A stretch of 10,619 nt of DNA from Candidatus Hermodarchaeota archaeon (GTDB taxonomy: Archaea > Asgardarchaeota > Heimdallarchaeia > Hodarchaeales > Hodarchaeaceae), in assembly GCA_048886185.1 (NCBI GenBank), contig JBHLKY010000048.1:1-10619 (forward strand), given 5' to 3'. The position numbers and the translations under genes were made by a program. Below, one piece after another: positions 5,946 through 10,619 of the stretch; position 1 is the stretch's first letter, and every line of letters starts with the position of its first letter. The notes below the pieces were generated by a model. It saw only the letters and a program-made list of their open reading frames with translations, was not told where the DNA came from and did no database searches.

Positions 5946-6002
5946 CAATAATTCTTATCAATTAATACACAATATCAATGAAATTTTGTTATTATATAAT
6001 AA
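5946..6002 (-). promoter_or_regulatory. dpsL promoter: palindromic TATA region plus a Fur/Per-box-like site
   Basis: Perfect 14-bp palindrome TTATTATATAATAA (5989-6002) contains TTATATAA. Minus-strand TGATAAG-A-ATTATTG (5960-5946) matches 11/14 of the Fur 7-1-7 box TGATAATnATTATCA, just past the expected transcription start. Confidence 0.45.
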
Positions 6003-6095
6003 TACCTCTCTGAAAAAGTAACAATATCATCTTTAAACCAAAAATAATACAATTAATTTTATAGAAAAAAACAAGTTCCCAAGAAATTAGAGAAA

Positions 6096-6275
6096 TCAAA
6101 GTTCCTGTCTTTTAAAGAATCGAACTAGACTAATTCCTAAGAATCCTAAAATCAATGATATCAAGAGAAACCCTGGGGCACTGATGTCGGTTGTACTACT
6201 GGTAATTGATCCAGTAGTGCTAGATGCTGGTATGGTACTGAATGGTTGAGTTGTAGTTATTGTAGAGGGTATAGA
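6096..6275 (-). other. S/T-rich linker and PGF-type C-terminal sorting/anchor signal
   Basis: SIPSTITTTQPFSTIPASSTTGSITSSTTDIS-APGF-LLISLILGFLGISLV-RFFKRQEL*, with PGF at 6176-6168. This tripartite layout matches archaeosortase-type signals. Confidence 0.75.
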
Positions 6276-9200
6276 GGATTTTATCATCCATATTGTGTCC
6301 TGGTTCGAGTGTCCTACTCTATCATAAGCTATTATGGTTATATTATAATAGTTAGTAATGTCTAACGCTATTGACATACTAGAACTGGTCGTAGTACCTT
6401 GAGATACATCATTTAGGAACACTTCATAGTAGTAAATCCCTGTACCTGTATCACTACCTGTCCATTCGATAATAATAATAGCTTGATTTGTTACAGTACC
6501 ATTTGCAGGGGAGGTAATACTGATCATTGGATCATAGATATCTCTTATCACCCAGATGATGTCCCAACTTGTGTTATTTGCATAATCATGGGCAACTATG
6601 GTAATATTGTGATAGCCATCATTAGTTAACAACACTAGCATGTTAGAGCTGGTTGTAATACCTTGAGACACCTCGTTCAGGAACAACTCATAATAGTCAA
6701 CGCCCGTACCAATATCACTGCCTGTCCATTCGATTATTATGCTGGATTGCTGTGTAATTGTGCTATTAGCAGGAGATATCACACTGATCATTGGAGTCGT
6801 CATATCTCGTCGAACCCAAATTATATTCCAGTTAGTATTACCAGCTTTATCATGAATTACTACAGTAATATTGTGATAACCATCAGAATTAAGATTTACA
6901 CTCGTACTCTGGCCTGTGGTTGTACCTTGAGATATTCCGTTCACAAAGACCTCATAATGGTCAACCCCAGCGCTTACATCGCTACCACTCCATTGAAGAA
7001 GAAGTGTGTTCTGATTGGTTAAGGTGTCATTGACTGGAGAGGTGATACTGATAGATGGGTTAACAATATCTCGTTGTACCCAAATACTATACCAATTTGT
7101 TCTTCCTATTTTGTCATAAGCCATTAAAGTGATATTATAATAACTATCAACAGTTAAGGACACTAACATGCTAGAGCTGGTTGTAGTACCTTGAGACACC
7201 TCGTTGAGGAACACCTCATAATGGTCAATCCCTGTCCCTGCATCACTGCCAATCCATTCGACAATAATAGTAGCTTGATTTGTTATAGAATCATTTATTG
7301 GAGAAGTGATACTTATCATTGGATTGTTAATATCTCTCACTATCCAGATGACGTCCCGATTGGTATTACCTGCATAATCATAGATTGTTACAGTAATATT
7401 GGAATAACCATCAACAGTTAAGGACACTAGCATGCTAGAGCTGGTCGTAGTACCCTGAGATATCTCGTTCAAAAAGACCTCATAATGGTCAACTCCCGTA
7501 TCTGTATCGCTACCTGTCCAATCAATAGTAATACTGGTCTGTTGCGTCACTGTGGCATTACTTGGTGATGTCACACTGATTGTTGGGACTTCTGTATCTC
7601 GTCGTACCCAGGTTGTGTTTGAAGTGGTGTTTCCTACCATATCATAAGCTGTAACGGTGATATTGTAATAGTCATCTGCAATTAAGCCCACTGACATAAG
7701 CGAATTGATTGTAGTGCCTTGAGATACCTCATTAAGGAACACTTCGTAATAGCTAATTTCTCCTCCCACAATATTCACACTCCATTCGACAGTTATAGCA
7801 GCCTGATTCGTTATCGTATTATTGGCAGGAGAACTGATAATAAGGTCAAAATAGGGTATTGTAAATTCTACTTTTGTGATAAATGCATCGACACCGCCAT
7901 TATTACTAGTATTAAGTGCACTAAAGGTGGGATAAGTAGTAGATGCGGTAAATCCCGTCACATAGCATTGATCATTGTTGGCAATGGCGAGGTCTCTTCC
8001 ATATTCATATGAATCGCCTTTAAGATAAGTGCTATACTTAAGGTTTTCACCAATTGAGTCTAATTTTGCTATAATTACATCTGTAACACCAGAATTGCCA
8101 TCCCATTCATCATCATAAGCCCATTTCATTGGAAAATTACTTGAATAGGTACCCCCAGTAATGTAGCAATTTCCATCAGTGTCAAGATCTATTGCCCAGC
8201 CAAAATCGGTTTGATCTCCTCCTAGAAATGTACTGAAATCAATTCCATTTCCTGTAGCATTGAATTTAGTTATAAAACAATCCGAATTTCCCCCGTACTC
8301 AGTTTGGTAAGCAGTTGAGGTGATAGGAAATGTTGTACTTGAACTTGTTTGGCCAGTCACATAGACACTCCCATCAGAACTGACCGCAATACTATAGGCA
8401 TTGTCAGAACTGGTACCTCCTAAAAAAGTACTAAATATTAAGCTGTTACCTGTTGGATCAATCTTCGTCACAAATCCATCAGTTTCAAATCCAGTTGGAC
8501 TTGCATGAGTGTCTTGAAAAGCATTAACTGTGGGAAAATTAGGTGAATAGGTTAATCCAGTGATATATGCATTACCTGCTGAATCAACAGCTATTGCCTT
8601 CCCGAAAGAATATTCATCATTGTTTCCACCAATATATGTACTATAGATTAGACCATCACCATTGGCGTTTAGTTTCGTAACAAAAATATCGCGATCACCC
8701 TTATTGCTATAAGTATCGTTATAGGCATTTTTTGTTGGAAAATCTGACGATTGTGTAAAACCATAAATATAACTATTCCCGTTATTGTCTATTGCTATAG
8801 CATATCCTTCATCTCTATCGCTACCACCCAATCCTGTACTAAATATCATACCATTACCAGTCGCGTTTAATTTTGATACAAATGCATCAGTACCATTACT
8901 ATAAGTACTCATATACCCTTTAGATCCAAATCCAGTAGGGTAAAAATCAGAAAGGGTGGTTCCTGTAATGAAGACATTCTCAGATTCATCAACAGCAATT
9001 CCATATGCATAATCAAGATTATCACCCCTTATATACGTACTGTAGATAATCCCCGTTCCTGTACTATTCAATTTAGTCACGAAAACATCAGTATACGCCC
9101 AATGACTAGTGTTCATAGCATTTTTAATGGGAAAATTAGTCGATGCTGTCGATCCTGTTATGTAAATATTCCCTGCACTATCAATTGCTATTGATTCACC

Positions 9201-10028
9201 TTTATCGTCTCCACTTCCGCCCCAGTAAGTACTAAATGACAGAATCAGTGGATCTATAATCAATTTCTTCGTTGAATCATATGAGGCTATTTTAAATCCA
9301 TAACTATTAGAAAAGCTTCTTTTTGGAACATACATTGAAATGAGTGATGAATCCTCTTGATACGTTTTAAGACCTTTATCTTGAAGAATTGGATTTTTCA
9401 GATAATTTTGAGAATAATAAGAGACAGATTGACTTTCTACCTCGAGAACCAATGAGTTATCAAGTTTTAGAGTGATTTGATCTGGATTACCACCAGGATG
9501 AACAATGAAATCATATTTTAATCCCTGAGTAGACATATAATACCGTAGATCGATGCTTGGATACAGATCTAAATACCAGATTTCAGCAAAACTTGGTACA
9601 TTACAGTATTCCTGGTTTTTATCAAAAAAGTTTGTTAGATGACCCATTTGTTTTATCGCAGTAGGATGAACTGTCGAAGCGGCTGGAAAATATATACTGA
9701 AACTTATACATTCCTCATTCTCCAGATAAATTTCATAAAACACTTTTGAGATGCCAAAACCTATTATATATGAGTCTCTTGAGTAATAGTACAAAAATTC
9801 TTCATTATTTAACTGGCCATTATTTTTGAGAAATCCTGAAAAGGGGATTGATGTATCCTCGTGAGAGGGGATGTTGTCTAATGTGGACGGGAATTTTTCC
9901 TCTTCATAACATATAGGATTATCAAAAAAGCCTATTTCACAAGGCTGACCATTTACAATTATTAAGCAGAGTATTGGAATAAGCAGAAAAAATCCAGTAA
10001 GAAATCTTTTTCTTATTTCATTCATCAC
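6096..10028 (-). CDS. Large secreted, C-terminally anchored surface glycoprotein with SBBP beta-propeller and Ig/FN3-like repeats
   Basis: 1310 aa. It has an N-terminal basic+hydrophobic signal, the conserved pre-SBBP domain (NNGQ...Y.DLYP.IDLRY...GLKYDFIVHPG.NP..I; DUF7948-like), 7 SBBP units, 6 tandem 88-aa beta repeats, an S/T-rich linker and APGF-TM-RFFKR. SD AGGAG lies upstream of GTG 10028 / ATG 10025. Confidence 0.9.
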   Translation of the reverse strand: MMNEIRKRFLTGFFLLIPILCLIIVNGQPCEIGFFDNPICYEEEKFPSTLDNIPSHEDTSIPFSGFLKNNGQLNNEEFLYYYSRDSYIIGFGISKVFYEIYLENEECISFSIYFPAASTVHPTAIKQMGHLTNFFDKNQEYCNVPSFAEIWYLDLYPSIDLRYYMSTQGLKYDFIVHPGGNPDQITLKLDNSLVLEVESQSVSYYSQNYLKNPILQDKGLKTYQEDSSLISMYVPKRSFSNSYGFKIASYDSTKKLIIDPLILSFSTYWGGSGDDKGESIAIDSAGNIYITGSTASTNFPIKNAMNTSHWAYTDVFVTKLNSTGTGIIYSTYIRGDNLDYAYGIAVDESENVFITGTTLSDFYPTGFGSKGYMSTYSNGTDAFVSKLNATGNGMIFSTGLGGSDRDEGYAIAIDNNGNSYIYGFTQSSDFPTKNAYNDTYSNKGDRDIFVTKLNANGDGLIYSTYIGGNNDEYSFGKAIAVDSAGNAYITGLTYSPNFPTVNAFQDTHASPTGFETDGFVTKIDPTGNSLIFSTFLGGTSSDNAYSIAVSSDGSVYVTGQTSSSTTFPITSTAYQTEYGGNSDCFITKFNATGNGIDFSTFLGGDQTDFGWAIDLDTDGNCYITGGTYSSNFPMKWAYDDEWDGNSGVTDVIIAKLDSIGENLKYSTYLKGDSYEYGRDLAIANNDQCYVTGFTASTTYPTFSALNTSNNGGVDAFITKVEFTIPYFDLIISSPANNTITNQAAITVEWSVNIVGGEISYYEVFLNEVSQGTTINSLMSVGLIADDYYNITVTAYDMVGNTTSNTTWVRRDTEVPTISVTSPSNATVTQQTSITIDWTGSDTDTGVDHYEVFLNEISQGTTTSSSMLVSLTVDGYSNITVTIYDYAGNTNRDVIWIVRDINNPMISITSPINDSITNQATIIVEWIGSDAGTGIDHYEVFLNEVSQGTTTSSSMLVSLTVDSYYNITLMAYDKIGRTNWYSIWVQRDIVNPSISITSPVNDTLTNQNTLLLQWSGSDVSAGVDHYEVFVNGISQGTTTGQSTSVNLNSDGYHNITVVIHDKAGNTNWNIIWVRRDMTTPMISVISPANSTITQQSSIIIEWTGSDIGTGVDYYELFLNEVSQGITTSSNMLVLLTNDGYHNITIVAHDYANNTSWDIIWVIRDIYDPMISITSPANGTVTNQAIIIIEWTGSDTGTGIYYYEVFLNDVSQGTTTSSSMSIALDITNYYNITIIAYDRVGHSNQDTIWMIKSSIPSTITTTQPFSTIPASSTTGSITSSTTDISAPGFLLISLILGFLGISLVRFFKRQEL
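6276..7856 (-). repeat. Six tandem 264-bp (88-aa) Ig/FN3-like repeat units
   Basis: Units approx. 7856-7596, 7595-7332, 7331-7068, 7067-6804, 6803-6540 and 6539-6276. Consensus P.ISITSP.N.T.TNQ..I..EW.GSD.GTG.D.YEVFLNEVSQGTTTSS.M.V.L..DGY.NIT..A.D..G.TN...IWV.RD, with N-x-S/T sequons in every unit. Confidence 0.95.
7869..9239 (-). repeat. Seven SBBP-type beta-propeller repeats
   Basis: Seven copies of (F/Y)ST..xG...D/E....IA.D..GN.Y.TG.T.S..FP followed by D.F.TK. Confidence 0.9.
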
Positions 10029-10393
10029 TAATTCTCTCCTTTACCTACCATAATAAGAAAGCATTAAAACTTGAGAACATCTTTAAAACAATAATTATTT
10101 TTAAAGTTTCTCTTCTTTAATGAGATTTACATTTGTTTTCTCTTTCTTTATGACAAAGTTCCGTTAGTTTGAGATTCTCCATTAATTCTCTATTCTTATC
10201 GTAATAGAGAAGTTTAATCAGGATTAGAAGTTCTTACTCATATCTGATTATCATCAATCCTGGTAAAAAAATTGAAGCTCGAAACACAATGAGTAAAACA
10301 ACATTGTGACAAAAATGAAAATTATAGAAATCGTTTGAAACAAAATAAAACTTTTAATCCCAAATAAATAGCGACATTGTATATTTAGCTAGT

Positions 10394-10619
10394 TCAGAAA
10401 TTGATAGGGGGAAACTCTTTTACATACTCTTCGTTTATAGTTATTTTAGATACCTTTCTTATCATATGAAGTAGAATATCTTTAATCTTATGTCTCTGAG
10501 ACACTGAATAAACATCCATTGTGATAGAAACAGTATTCAATGCTTTCGAATGAAGAAGAATCCTTTTTAATCTAGCATCTTTGTGGTTTCTGAAAAAAGG
10601 AATTGAATAGACTGTAGTT
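10394..10619 (-). CDS. 3' part of a hypothetical protein entering from the right edge
   Basis: The minus frame is open for 74 codons from the edge (TTVYSIPFFRNHKDARLKRILLH...EEYVKEFPPINF) to TGA at 10396-10394. No family was recognised. Confidence 0.55.
   Translation of the reverse strand, partial: TTVYSIPFFRNHKDARLKRILLHSKALNTVSITMDVYSVSQRHKIKDILLHMIRKVSKITINEEYVKEFPPINF

Noticed and set aside
4611-6924. DGR template/variable repeat pair (4611-4677 vs 6858-6924)
   Set aside because: Only 4 of 7 mismatches are at adenines of the putative template, many adenines are unchanged, the target is mid-protein and no reverse transcriptase is in the window. Ordinary decay fits better.
6276-7856. CRISPR array or integron-like cassette array
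   Set aside because: The 264-bp units are degenerate along their whole length and in frame within one CDS. There is no repeat-spacer structure and no cas or integrase gene.
6663-8012. Three similar plus-strand ORFs (6663, 7191, 7719) that look like a small gene family
   Set aside because: They are spaced exactly 528 bp (2 x 264) apart, so they are antisense shadows of the coding repeats.
10186-10211. 9-bp inverted repeat TTCTCTATT-N8-AATAGAGAA upstream of the surface gene
   Set aside because: A single AT-rich stem is within chance expectation, with no second copy or adjacent T-tract to support a role.

Overview
AT-rich archaeal window, most likely from an Asgard archaeon (Heimdallarchaeia/Hodarchaeales-like). 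This is inferred from the wHTH regulator type, the C4-H2-C2 zinc finger and the PGF-type C-terminal anchor, not from a search. Full-length genes in order: an OB-fold-like + RING/PHD-type zinc-finger protein (233-1114 +); a winged-helix regulator (1208-1852 -) divergent from an NTF2/lumazine-binding-like protein (about 2006-2413 +); a Cys-rich DUF6144/V4R-like protein (3090-3713 +); a membrane metal-dependent hydrolase (4021-4587 +); a PerR-like Fur-family regulator and a DPS-like thioferritin (4831-5920 -); and a 1310-aa secreted surface protein (6096-10028 -) with 7 SBBP repeats, six 88-aa Ig/FN3-like repeats and a PGF-TM-basic tail. Partial genes run off both ends. The stretches that look intergenic between about 2.4 and 4.8 kb are largely scraps of other genes that the ORF track misses: a frameshifted PKD-like piece, an amidohydrolase 3' end, a tautomerase C-terminal half fused in frame to the hydrolase, a 67-bp displaced copy of surface-protein repeat 4, and an SDR-like 5' end. 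The best leads are the OB-fold/RING fusion, this gene-scrap mosaic, and a PerR-like gene whose conserved N-terminus seems to need an ATA start. No rRNA, tRNA, CRISPR array, transposase, integrase or reverse transcriptase was recognised.
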